From a virus: DNA of 49,667 nucleotides. The notes under the pieces are model-generated. The model had not been told where the DNA came from. It saw nothing but the letters and a program-made list of their open reading frames with translations, and searched no databases. The translations under genes and the position numbers were made by a program. Positions within the stretch are counted from its first letter, which is position 1; each line of letters opens with the position of its first letter. The stretch covers positions 1 through 49,667 of the IMG/VR virus record IMGVR_UViG_3300045988_167549; one strand, 5' to 3'. Shown one piece after another: positions 42,008-49,667 of this stretch.

Positions 42008-42607
42008 TTATTTTTTATCTTCATATTTTTTTATTAATCTATAAAAGGTATTTCTTTTAAGTCCCAACTTCTCCATAGCTTCATTACCTTTTATTTTTCT
42101 ATTCTTCCATTGATCATAAACTTCAGTCCAATTGTCAGGAAAATCTATTTCTTTTCTTCCTTTATATTTTCCTTGTTCTTTTGCTATAGCAATCCCTTCG
42201 GCCTGACGTTGTCTTATATTTAATCTTTCTTGTTCTGCCATGGTTGCTAAAACTTCAATCAAAAGATTATTAATCATATCCATAAGCCACTCTTGGCCCT
42301 CTGGTATATCCATCATTGATGTAGGAATATCTAATATTTTAATTCTTACACCCTCATTTTTATAATATTCAAGTTCTTGTTTTACTTCAGATTTATTTCT
42401 TCCAAGTCTATCTAGTGATTTTACATATATAACATCACCTTTTTGAGCAACTTTTCTCATTAATTGATATTCTGGTCTATTAAAATCTTTACCACTAACT
42501 TTATCCTGGAATATAAATCTATCATCTACATACTTTCTTAGCTCTACTAATTGTCTATCTAAATTTTGTTCCTTTGTTGATACTCTTGAATAACCATATA
42601 TTCTCAT
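42008..42607 (-). CDS. Small serine recombinase (resolvase/invertase family)
   Basis: MRIYGYSRVSTKEQNLDRQ...LDRLGRN catalytic motifs; C-terminal HTH. Confidence 0.9.
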   Translation of the reverse strand: MRIYGYSRVSTKEQNLDRQLVELRKYVDDRFIFQDKVSGKDFNRPEYQLMRKVAQKGDVIYVKSLDRLGRNKSEVKQELEYYKNEGVRIKILDIPTSMMDIPEGQEWLMDMINNLLIEVLATMAEQERLNIRQRQAEGIAIAKEQGKYKGRKEIDFPDNWTEVYDQWKNRKIKGNEAMEKLGLKRNTFYRLIKKYEDKK

Positions 42608-42715
42608 ACAAACACCTCGTTTTAAAAAATATAATAAAATTTTATAGACCTAGTCGCACAGGGTTTCCAAATATCAAATTTAGAATGTACCCCCCTGCAT
42701 TCAATCTACAATAAT

Positions 42716-42744
42716 ATTATATTCTTTTGTTTGTTTGAAGTCAA
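42716..42744 (-). promoter_or_regulatory. Consensus promoter TTGACT, 17 nt, TATAAT for the recombinase gene
   Basis: Minus strand: -35 at 42744-42739, -10 at 42721-42716. Confidence 0.55.
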
Positions 42745-42844
42745 TGTTTATTTTTGAAACATTTGTTTTATGTTTTTTAACTCTTATGAAATACTTTTAG
42801 ATGTATTATTAGTGTTGCTTTTAAGTATACCGCAAACAAACACA

Positions 42845-43273
42845 TTAAATATTATCTTTGCCTTTATTGTCTATGTTTATTTGGCATAACATCTCCTCTA
42901 TATTAACAGGAGTTAAATCCTTATCTACATTATTATTAACATCTTGTATCTTATTAGTAGGAGTTCCAAGTACTCTATTAAGAGCATATATTATAGCATC
43001 TAAAGAAGTCTTATCCGATGAACTCTTAAGGGCTATCTTAATTAATTTATCTATTAAAGGGTCTATATTGTTTAATATTTTACTGTCTACATTAGATTTT
43101 AGCATTTGAATGCTTTTGTTAAGCTCTGCCTTAAATATTTCATTATTATTTTTCCAATTAGAAACACTAATTCTACTAACACCAATTATATTAGCAACAT
43201 CAGTTATAGTCTCACCTTGCACTAATAACTCAATAGCTTTTAATTGCTTCTCATTTAACTCTTTATCAACCAT
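42845..43273 (-). CDS. HTH protein in the small-terminase position (putative TerS)
   Basis: LNEKQLKAIELLVQGETITDVANIIGVSRISVSNW HTH; first gene of the late operon; AGGTGA RBS. Confidence 0.5.
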   Translation of the reverse strand: MVDKELNEKQLKAIELLVQGETITDVANIIGVSRISVSNWKNNNEIFKAELNKSIQMLKSNVDSKILNNIDPLIDKLIKIALKSSSDKTSLDAIIYALNRVLGTPTNKIQDVNNNVDKDLTPVNIEEMLCQINIDNKGKDNI

Positions 43274-43539
43274 AATAACATCACCTACTTTCTTTACAAC
43301 TTTACATAAAAATAGACACATACAATTAAATATATGTGCCTTTCAGATAAATCTCTATGATACTATTTTAACACCTTAAAAATATTAAAACCTAACATCT
43401 TAGTAACAACTAAGATATAAATTAAGTAGAAGTAATATTACATTTATGTTTACATAATGATTTCTACTAAATGTAAGGCTTAAAACCTAGTATTTTCAAT
43501 ACTTTAGACTAAACATTACAGAATTACATATTTTAAAAA

Positions 43540-43650
43540 ACTTCACATATATATACGTAATGATATATATATGATTGAATGTATTGCTATATATAATATA
43601 TATATTTATATTTATGTAATAATGTAATATATATTATATATAATATACAG
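43540..43650. repeat. (TA)n-rich low-complexity tract with short inverted repeats
   Basis: CATATATATA-cgtaatga-TATATATATG 43546-43573 and further TATATA runs. Confidence 0.6.
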
Positions 43651-43723
43651 AAATGGCTTAACCACGCTATTTTTATAAATTACAAAAATATTACACTTTA
43701 ATTACAAATACTGATTTATTGTA

Positions 43724-43750
43724 ATTAAAAAGCCAAGCAAATTGCCTGGC
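43724..43750 (-). terminator. Terminator after the late-activator gene
   Basis: GCCAGG-caatttg-CTTGGC followed by TTTTT. Confidence 0.6.
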
Positions 43751-43755
43751 CTCAT

Positions 43756-44202
43756 TTAATTAAATATAAAGTCTGATAATTTTTTTATTATTTTATTTCT
43801 CAACCTGGAACATGTCATTCTATCCATTCCTAAATTAAATCCTATTTTAGTCCAATTATTTTTTACCTTTTGAAAATATCTCATTTCAACTAGCTTTATT
43901 TCTTCATCATTTAAACATTGCAATGCATTTTCAATTTTATTTTTTTTAATCATATAAAATTTCTTAGCATTTTGTAACTTTTGGATCTGCTCTTTAACCA
44001 CTTCATCTCTTCTAATAACTTCATTTTCTACTGAACTATTAAATGCATTAGTTGGTCCTGATTTTTCATTATAATTAATTGCCTTTAATGTTATATCATT
44101 CTGTAGCATCTCTATATCCATTTCTATGCTCTTAATTTTTATATCTAACCCTTTATAATTGTATAACTCACCCTCCGTTTTTTTGAATAGATCCTTGTCC
44201 AA
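43756..44202 (-). CDS. ArpU/RinA-type late transcriptional activator (sigma-70 region-4-like)
   Basis: GELYNYK..., LNDEEIKLVEMRYF and a C-terminal HTH-like segment; TTG start after GGAGGAG. Confidence 0.65.
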   Translation of the reverse strand: MDKDLFKKTEGELYNYKGLDIKIKSIEMDIEMLQNDITLKAINYNEKSGPTNAFNSSVENEVIRRDEVVKEQIQKLQNAKKFYMIKKNKIENALQCLNDEEIKLVEMRYFQKVKNNWTKIGFNLGMDRMTCSRLRNKIIKKLSDFIFN

Positions 44203-44231
44203 ATTATCTCCTCCACTCTTTAAAGGCTTTT

Positions 44232-44408
44232 CTAATGTTTATATTCTTTTAAATATTCTCTTGGGATATATTCAATAGTATTTTTCCCATAACGAATTAT
44301 TGAATTTTCATCCCAGATATAGCAATTATCAATAATATTATATTTTCTATAGCTTTTGTTCATAGTGTAACTATTTTTAGGACAATTTTTTATAAATTGA
44401 AATTTCAT
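44232..44408 (-). CDS. Hypothetical 58-aa protein
   Basis: AGAGGTG RBS; below the track cut-off. Confidence 0.45.
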   Translation of the reverse strand: MKFQFIKNCPKNSYTMNKSYRKYNIIDNCYIWDENSIIRYGKNTIEYIPREYLKEYKH

Positions 44409-44432
44409 ATTACACCTCTTTTGAATTACTAA

Positions 44433-44624
44433 TTACTTTTCATATAAATAATCAATAAAGTTTAAGTAATCTTTTAATTCTTCTTCAGTCATTGAATCTA
44501 AATTTGCTTCTTCCATTTCAAATTCTTCTTCAGAAGCTCTTATAAATTCTCTATAAGTTAAAGTGTTGTCAGCATCTGGCTCACAATCGCATATTCTTTT
44601 ATCTAAATTTTCTTTTAACAACAT
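44433..44624 (-). CDS. Hypothetical acidic 63-aa protein
   Basis: AAGGAG RBS. Confidence 0.5.
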   Translation of the reverse strand: MLLKENLDKRICDCEPDADNTLTYREFIRASEEEFEMEEANLDSMTEEELKDYLNFIDYLYEK

Positions 44625-44665
44625 ATTTAATCTCCTTATTTTTTAATGTTCGTAAATCCCTAAAA

Positions 44666-44707
44666 ATATTCCTGGAATATTTGCCTTAATATTTAATTAT
44701 TCCAGGA
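44666..44707. promoter_or_regulatory. 15-nt palindrome ATATTCC-t-GGAATAT and 10-bp inverted repeat TCCTGGAATA/TATTCCAGGA
   Basis: Read directly, 44666-44680 and 44670-44679 / 44698-44707. Confidence 0.4.
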
Positions 44708-44758
44708 TAAATGCTTTATAAATCCGAATGTTAAATATAATAATTTTTATTAATATTT

Positions 44759-45229
44759 TTATATTCCACTACTACCAAAACCATTTTCTCCTCTGTTGCT
44801 CTCTGATAGCTCCTCAACTTCTATAAACTCAACTTCTGGAACACAGTTGATTTTCATTTGGGCTAGTTTAGTATATCTTGGAATTACAATGTCATGGCTG
44901 CTATTATTTCTTAGAATTATATTTATTTCTCCTCTATAATTACTATCAATAGTCCCTTGTATAACATCTATATCTGCAATTACAGTTTCATCTATTCCAA
45001 AATGTTTGCACTCTAATCCCTTTAAACTTATACCTGAACGTGGTCTTATTTCAGCTTCTAAATCTTTGGTTAATTGCATTGCTATTCCAGTAGGAACTAT
45101 ATCTTTGCTTTTAGCTAAAATGACACAATCTTTTCTAGTATATAAATCAAAACAAGCATCTCCCTCTCTACTTCTATGAGGAATAATTGCATCTTCTGTT
45201 AATTTCTTTATTTTTATCATAAATTTCAT
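44759..45229 (-). CDS. dut: Trimeric dUTP diphosphatase
   Basis: RPRSGISLKG, GTIDSNYRGE and C-terminal GFGSSG motifs. Confidence 0.9.
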   Translation of the reverse strand: MKFMIKIKKLTEDAIIPHRSREGDACFDLYTRKDCVILAKSKDIVPTGIAMQLTKDLEAEIRPRSGISLKGLECKHFGIDETVIADIDVIQGTIDSNYRGEINIILRNNSSHDIVIPRYTKLAQMKINCVPEVEFIEVEELSESNRGENGFGSSGI

Positions 45230-45278
45230 CCTTTCATTTTCTATTTATTATCATTTACGAATATATTAGTTAAGAGTA

Positions 45279-45611
45279 TTATTGCTTATTATTTATCCAA
45301 TTATTAATTGTTGATTTGTTTGGATCTTTTAAAGCTAATATACTGAATCCTTTTCTTAAGCCCATTCCTGGATAACCACCTTTAAATATATAAGAAATTT
45401 CTTTTTCTATTGCTCTTCCTGTATATCCTTTTTCCTCGAGTACTATTGGCTCTCCTTGAGTACAATCTATAAGACCTTGTCTAAATTCCTTTAATATCAA
45501 AATATCTCCAACTTCAAATCCTCTATCATCTTTTCTAAGTTCAAAAGTCTTGCTACCATCTAAAACTTTTTCAAAGAATTGAGGAAATATTTTTAATTCA
45601 TGAATTTTCAT
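45279..45611 (-). CDS. DUF3850 (ASCH-like) protein
   Basis: HELKIFPQFFEKVLDGSKTFELRKDDRGFEVGDIL pattern. Confidence 0.75.
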   Translation of the reverse strand: MKIHELKIFPQFFEKVLDGSKTFELRKDDRGFEVGDILILKEFRQGLIDCTQGEPIVLEEKGYTGRAIEKEISYIFKGGYPGMGLRKGFSILALKDPNKSTINNWINNKQ

Positions 45612-45617
45612 TTTTCT

Positions 45618-45812
45618 TTACTCCTTATCTCTTTCATCAAAAATTTTAACACTGTTTTCTTCTATTAACTCTAGTGTTTTTTCACTATCATGTGTATTAA
45701 TAACTACTGGCGAAATGTTTTCTAGTACAGATATACAACCACTATTGAATATTCTAATAACTATTCCTACTCTTCCATCTCTAACATTTTTAACTTTATC
45801 CCCTATATGCAT
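45618..45812 (-). CDS. Hypothetical 64-aa protein
   Basis: ORF in operon. Confidence 0.5.
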   Translation of the reverse strand: MHIGDKVKNVRDGRVGIVIRIFNSGCISVLENISPVVINTHDSEKTLELIEENSVKIFDERDKE

Positions 45813-45856
45813 TTTAAACCCTCCATATTATTTGCAATAATTTCAAGAGAGTGCTC

Positions 45857-48466
45857 CTAGAACACTCCATCTATAATTTTTCCATTCTTATCAATGTTTG
45901 CTTCTTCCATAAAATCAGGTTCAATTATTGCTGGTACATTTAACTCTTTCATCCTTTCTATTGAGTAAATATCATATCTTACACTTTTCTTATTTATAAA
46001 AATAACTTTAGATGATGCACCAGTTCCTATTAGATATCCTGCTTTCATGGCTTGCTTTTTAAAATCTTTCAGTTTTAAAGGAATAACTTCAGCGGATCCA
46101 GTCTTGTTAACAAAATCAAATATTTCATTAATCATTTCAGATGTTTTAATATAAAGACCATCAGCTTTAACTTGAATTACTTCTGTTAATCCTGCTCTTC
46201 CATCTTCAAGCATTTGATTGTAAAGTACTAACATTCTCTCAATAGTAGACTTTGTTTCTTCGCCATTTTCTAAAACTTCCTCTTTTATATTTTTAACAAT
46301 ATATTTTTCATATCCTTCAAAAACTTTAAATTCATGTTTGGCTAATAATAAATTAAATATTTCTATGCCTGATGCTATGTTAATAGCTGTGTTTAAAGGT
46401 CTATCGCTGAATTCTATAATATTTAATTTAACTTTTTCTCTTATATCCCTGTATTCATCAAGTGTCATATTGATAACTATGTCAATTAAACTTCTGCCTA
46501 ATTTTTTTAATAAAAGTTCGTTTTTTATTAGCCACTTCATGGCTTGGCTATTTCTCTCTGTTCTTTCCTTTTTACTTAAATAAACAATGCAGCTTCTCTC
46601 TATAAGAGCTTTTTCATTATTAGGGTAACTTTCTTCTCCTGCCATTATTACTGGCCTTGTAAGTTGGAAATCTTTATTTTCAAATGTTTTACTTCCTTTA
46701 GTTACTGTTGTTTTATCATATAAATTTCTTAAATACTCACTAAGCTTTTGAATTTTATATTTATCAAGTGATGAAGGTTTGAACTCATCATAAAGAGAGG
46801 TATAATTGCCAGAGCTTAAATCTGTTGTAAGTCCTGCGTTTGAAATCAATCCAATTGATTTTATATCTTTTGATGGATAATTTAATATAGTTGCTATAAT
46901 ATTGCTTAATATAGTAGATTTACCTGAACCACTTTCTCCTACAATAAGTAAATGATGAAATTTTTCTTTTATAGCTGTCATATGAGCAACCGCTAAATTA
47001 TTAATAATAGTTCCTATAATAGGTATTGTTTTATCACTTTCGGCAAACCTAAATATTCTTTTCTTTAGTTCATTTAACTCTTCTCTAGTTATAAAATCGC
47101 TTTTTAATATTTCTACATTGTTTTTCTTGTCAGATTTTATTGAATAATCAATTCCCTTTGAAGTTATTGTTCCTTCATTAGTTATTAGTTTTACTTGATC
47201 ATCTTGAATCACAAATTTTATTCCTTGATGCAATTCTTCATTTTCAATAGCCCAATACATATTTATCCAACCTTTAAGCTCTGTTAAATCATCAATTTTA
47301 CCTTTAAAAGATAAGTCTAATGACCCTAAAAAGTTTTTAAATGATTTAACATCATCAAATACAGTAGATGGTCCTATTTTTTCTATTACTTCTCCAGTAC
47401 AACTTTTTAATATAAGCTTGACCCCTTCTGTATCATCATCAACGTATCTCATTCTTTTAGCTTCTAATAAATTAAAGTCTGTTATGTAGATTTTTTTCCA
47501 ATCTCCATGTTTTTCTATTTGTTTATATATACCTTTGAAGTCTTGTTGTAGATCATATCTTGAATTAATATCTAAGCTTCTTTTAAATGCTTTTAATAAA
47601 TCATATTTATCATGACCGGCTTCTATCCAGTCAGTTACATCTTTATTATCCCCTAAAGCTTTTAATCCTGGTAAATTTATAAATTTAAATGCAGGTCTAT
47701 CTTCTTCATCACTTCTTAAAGGTGGATTTAGTTCTTCGCAAATTTTTCTTCCATATTGTTCTCCTGCTTCTCCAGTATCTTTTATTACATATATCCAAGC
47801 ATATAGCCCTTTAAGAATAGAAAAATCTTTAACTCCCTTTAATGAAGTTGCTACATATTTATTATTTTTGAAAAGTGAATTTATCGTATTAGCATCCTTT
47901 TCACCCTCAACAACTATTAATATTTTTCCTTGTCTTATGCTTTCTACAACGTTATATAAGTTATATGGAAGTTCATCTGCTCCCCTAGAATTAATAACTT
48001 TATCTCCTTCAATGTGATAATAAGAACTACATTTCTTTCCATCTGGTTGAATGAATTTTGCTTTATAATAAACAACTTCATTTTTCTCATTAACAAATGT
48101 AAACAATCCTTTAAGTTTGTAGCCTTTCTTAAATTCTGTCTTTTCAATTTGCCATTTTATAAAGTTTTTTATTTTTTCAAGTTCAAGCTCTTTATCACTT
48201 TTTTTATTTTCCATACCTAGATATTCTCTAGCCGCCTTATAGTCCATGTGCTTGTATTTCATTATAAAATCTATAGCATCACCTGATGTATTGCATCCAC
48301 CAAAGCACTTCCATTGCCATTTATTATTATCAGAATTAAATCTCACACTAAAAGAAGGTGATTTTTCTGAATGGAAAGGACAACATATTTTGTTGTCCCT
48401 TGTAAATGCTTGTCCTGTTTCATTTTCTATTAATTGCTTTAAATCAATGTTTTGTAATTCATTCAA
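45857..48466 (-). CDS. Primase-helicase fusion (CHC2 zinc finger, Toprim, P-loop NTPase)
   Basis: CCPFHSEKSPSF...CFGGC; IVVEGEKDANT; VGESGSGKST. Confidence 0.85.
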   Translation of the reverse strand: MNELQNIDLKQLIENETGQAFTRDNKICCPFHSEKSPSFSVRFNSDNNKWQWKCFGGCNTSGDAIDFIMKYKHMDYKAAREYLGMENKKSDKELELEKIKNFIKWQIEKTEFKKGYKLKGLFTFVNEKNEVVYYKAKFIQPDGKKCSSYYHIEGDKVINSRGADELPYNLYNVVESIRQGKILIVVEGEKDANTINSLFKNNKYVATSLKGVKDFSILKGLYAWIYVIKDTGEAGEQYGRKICEELNPPLRSDEEDRPAFKFINLPGLKALGDNKDVTDWIEAGHDKYDLLKAFKRSLDINSRYDLQQDFKGIYKQIEKHGDWKKIYITDFNLLEAKRMRYVDDDTEGVKLILKSCTGEVIEKIGPSTVFDDVKSFKNFLGSLDLSFKGKIDDLTELKGWINMYWAIENEELHQGIKFVIQDDQVKLITNEGTITSKGIDYSIKSDKKNNVEILKSDFITREELNELKKRIFRFAESDKTIPIIGTIINNLAVAHMTAIKEKFHHLLIVGESGSGKSTILSNIIATILNYPSKDIKSIGLISNAGLTTDLSSGNYTSLYDEFKPSSLDKYKIQKLSEYLRNLYDKTTVTKGSKTFENKDFQLTRPVIMAGEESYPNNEKALIERSCIVYLSKKERTERNSQAMKWLIKNELLLKKLGRSLIDIVINMTLDEYRDIREKVKLNIIEFSDRPLNTAINIASGIEIFNLLLAKHEFKVFEGYEKYIVKNIKEEVLENGEETKSTIERMLVLYNQMLEDGRAGLTEVIQVKADGLYIKTSEMINEIFDFVNKTGSAEVIPLKLKDFKKQAMKAGYLIGTGASSKVIFINKKSVRYDIYSIERMKELNVPAIIEPDFMEEANIDKNGKIIDGVF

Positions 48467-48481
48467 AAATTACACCTCCGC

Positions 48482-48721
48482 TCATTTGTTATTGAATCCT
48501 CTTTGCCTTTCTTCATATGTCATCTTTCTTCTTAGCTCCTTTTCAACTTCAACACTTTTTTCTCCAAGCATTAAAACTAATTTTACAAATGCATTAATAT
48601 AATAATCATCTTCCCTTGGAGCTTTCCCTTCTGCTCTTAAAGAATCTATATTGTTTAGCATTGCTTCTGCATTTCCTATTCTTTTTAAAAGTAAATTATA
48701 TTCCTGCTGCTTCTGGCTCAA
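48482..48721 (-). CDS. Hypothetical protein (start uncertain: TTG 48739 or TTG 48721)
   Basis: GAAGGTG lies 6 nt before TTG 48721. Confidence 0.45.
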   Translation of the reverse strand: MSQKQQEYNLLLKRIGNAEAMLNNIDSLRAEGKAPREDDYYINAFVKLVLMLGEKSVEVEKELRRKMTYEERQRGFNNK

Positions 48722-49289
48722 ATATAGCACCTTCTTCAAAATATCCTTTATTTTTTAACAATTCATAAATGTGATAATACAATGCTTTGTATATTCTATA
48801 TCCAGTAGTTTTTTTATCTATGAATTGAACATTTAAATCATATCTCGCTGTAAATGTCTCGAATGATCCTACTGCTGCAGCTGATGAATATTGACTTTTA
48901 AAATCTCCAGCTACTAATTTTGCATATCCGTTAAGATCTTCAACAAACATAAAAGTTTTTGTGTTATACATCTTAAGTCTTGCAAATTCATTCTCGAATC
49001 TATCTCTATCCTTTATGCTACTAATAAGCTCGTCTACTGAATTTTTCTTTTCTATAGCTATATCATTGCTGAAGTACCAATCTCTATTAACTCCTAAAGG
49101 CTTAGTTTCTTCATTTGAAGCTATGCAACAGCTATAATCTCCTTGGTCCAATTTTTCAACTTTATATTTTATTTTCTTTCTATCAAAGTAATCTTTAATG
49201 TGTTCCCATCTCTGCTCTCTGGTATCACATATGATTACTAAATTTTTTAAAAGTATCTTTTGTTCTTTATCACTAAACTTGTATTTCAT
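48696..49289 (-). CDS. ERCC4-domain (Mus81/XPF-like) nuclease
   Basis: ICDTREQ...LDQGDY...IAIEKKNSVDELISSI motif order. Confidence 0.65.
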   Translation of the reverse strand: MKYKFSDKEQKILLKNLVIICDTREQRWEHIKDYFDRKKIKYKVEKLDQGDYSCCIASNEETKPLGVNRDWYFSNDIAIEKKNSVDELISSIKDRDRFENEFARLKMYNTKTFMFVEDLNGYAKLVAGDFKSQYSSAAAVGSFETFTARYDLNVQFIDKKTTGYRIYKALYYHIYELLKNKGYFEEGAIFEPEAAGI

Positions 49290-49310
49290 TTTTCCTCCTT
49301 ATTATTTTCA

Positions 49311-49387
49311 TGCAGATCCTAGAGGATTAAAGGTGTCGAACCTTCCAAGCCCCAATATTGCTATCCTCTATTTCTGGAGTTACTGCA
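49311..49387 (-). ncRNA. Candidate structured RNA with a tRNA-like T-arm and acceptor-like helix (not a canonical tRNA)
   Basis: Minus strand: TAGAGGAT/ATCCTCTA 8-bp helix encloses GAAGG-TTCGACA-CCTTT; outer TGCAG/CTGCA and TCC/GGA pairings; GC-rich relative to its flanks. Confidence 0.35.
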
Positions 49388-49405
49388 CTATATTTTAAAT
49401 TATTC

Positions 49406-49501
49406 CTACTTTCCACCTGCTCCATAGAAAAATACCAATATTATTAATGCTATTATCAGCCATATAATTATAAAACTCACTTTCTCTTCCTCTCTTCTCA
49501 T
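49406..49501 (-). CDS. Hydrophobic micro-ORF (31 aa from ATG, or 24 aa from the internal GTG)
   Basis: MRREEEKVSFIIIWLIIALIILVFFYGAGGK; the SD-like AGGAAG serves only the internal GTG. Confidence 0.3.
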   Translation of the reverse strand: MRREEEKVSFIIIWLIIALIILVFFYGAGGK

Positions 49502-49530
49502 ATTTGCTCATAATATTTTTGAATTGCTAA

Positions 49531-49667
49531 TTATCTTATTGATATATTAATTCTTCCATTCTTATAAATCCTAACTTTAAATTTATTTTTACAAAAAGGA
49601 CATACTACATTTTGATTTTTATACACCTCTTTTGCAATTACGTGTTCATTACACTCCATACACGTAA
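49531..49667 (-). CDS. C-terminal part of the junction-spanning zinc-ribbon ORF (same gene as 1-195)
   Basis: Frame is continuous with 195->1; stop TAA at 49533-49531. Confidence 0.5.
   Translation of the reverse strand, partial: TCMECNEHVIAKEVYKNQNVVCPFCKNKFKVRIYKNGRINISIR

Noticed and set aside
42008-42607. Integrase function for the serine recombinase
   Set aside because: At 199 aa it has only the catalytic domain plus a short HTH (resolvase/invertase size). Large serine integrases are much longer. No attP-like tRNA overlap lies adjacent to it.
40192-43321. Extended N-termini given in the ORF track (TerL from 42024, TerS-like from 43321, and likewise 37061, 37821, 38852, 32906, 24921, 25036, 18544, 14340, 7153, 7322, 6582, 9282)
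   Set aside because: Internal ATG codons with well-spaced GGAGG-type RBSs remove overlaps with upstream genes and drop implausible hydrophobic or low-complexity leaders. The shorter starts were used.
9183-44680. A common operator shared by 9183-9197 (ATTCCTG-a-CAGGAAT) and 44666-44680 (ATATTCC-t-GGAATAT)
   Set aside because: Both contain ATTCC/GGAAT, but the half-site register and spacing differ by 3 bp per arm. The resemblance may be chance in AT-rich DNA.
49311-49387. Canonical tRNA gene
   Set aside because: The T-arm and an acceptor-like helix are present. No register gives a 5-bp anticodon stem with U33, or a D-arm of normal geometry. The paired core is only about 47 nt.

Overview
Strongly AT-rich DNA that looks like a low-GC Firmicute (Clostridium-like). 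Bases 1-119 recur exactly at 49549-49667, so the window is one complete circular replicon of 49,548 bp plus an assembly overlap. Almost all of a temperate siphovirus gene set lies on the minus strand. Early recombination and replication genes run 8440->1 and continue across the junction 49548->44433. They are followed by an ArpU-like late activator, a TerS-like gene, TerL, portal, head, connector, tail, tape measure, baseplate and two large fibre/tailspike genes. The set ends with an XhlA-holin-amidase lysis cassette at 17258. No integrase is present. Instead, block 8581-17023 holds plasmid-type functions. These are a CI-like XRE repressor at a divergent-promoter switch, two further XRE genes, an iteron origin with a Rep_3-type initiator, and a ParM/ParR actin-type partition locus. 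The block also has a GIY-YIG protein and an FtsK/SpoIIIE-like membrane ATPase coupled to a replication-relaxation-family protein. I read the element as a phage-plasmid. The most noteworthy observations are: (1) the translocase plus relaxation-protein pair in a virion-forming plasmid; (2) a LexA (Cheo) box over the promoter of a 37-codon ORF next to a repressor that lacks a visible autocleavage domain; (3) a candidate CCC_UAA +1 frameshift extension of the major capsid protein, supported by codon-level repeat variation; (4) a 77-nt tRNA-like structured element that is not a canonical tRNA; (5) a roughly 54% GC 63-bp structured island flanked by 10-bp direct repeats in a leader; (6) a small serine recombinase with its own consensus promoter between TerS and TerL; (7) an HTH-regulated GIY-YIG homing-endonuclease cassette inside the head module. 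All family assignments come from motif recognition by eye. No database search, HMM or folding program was run.
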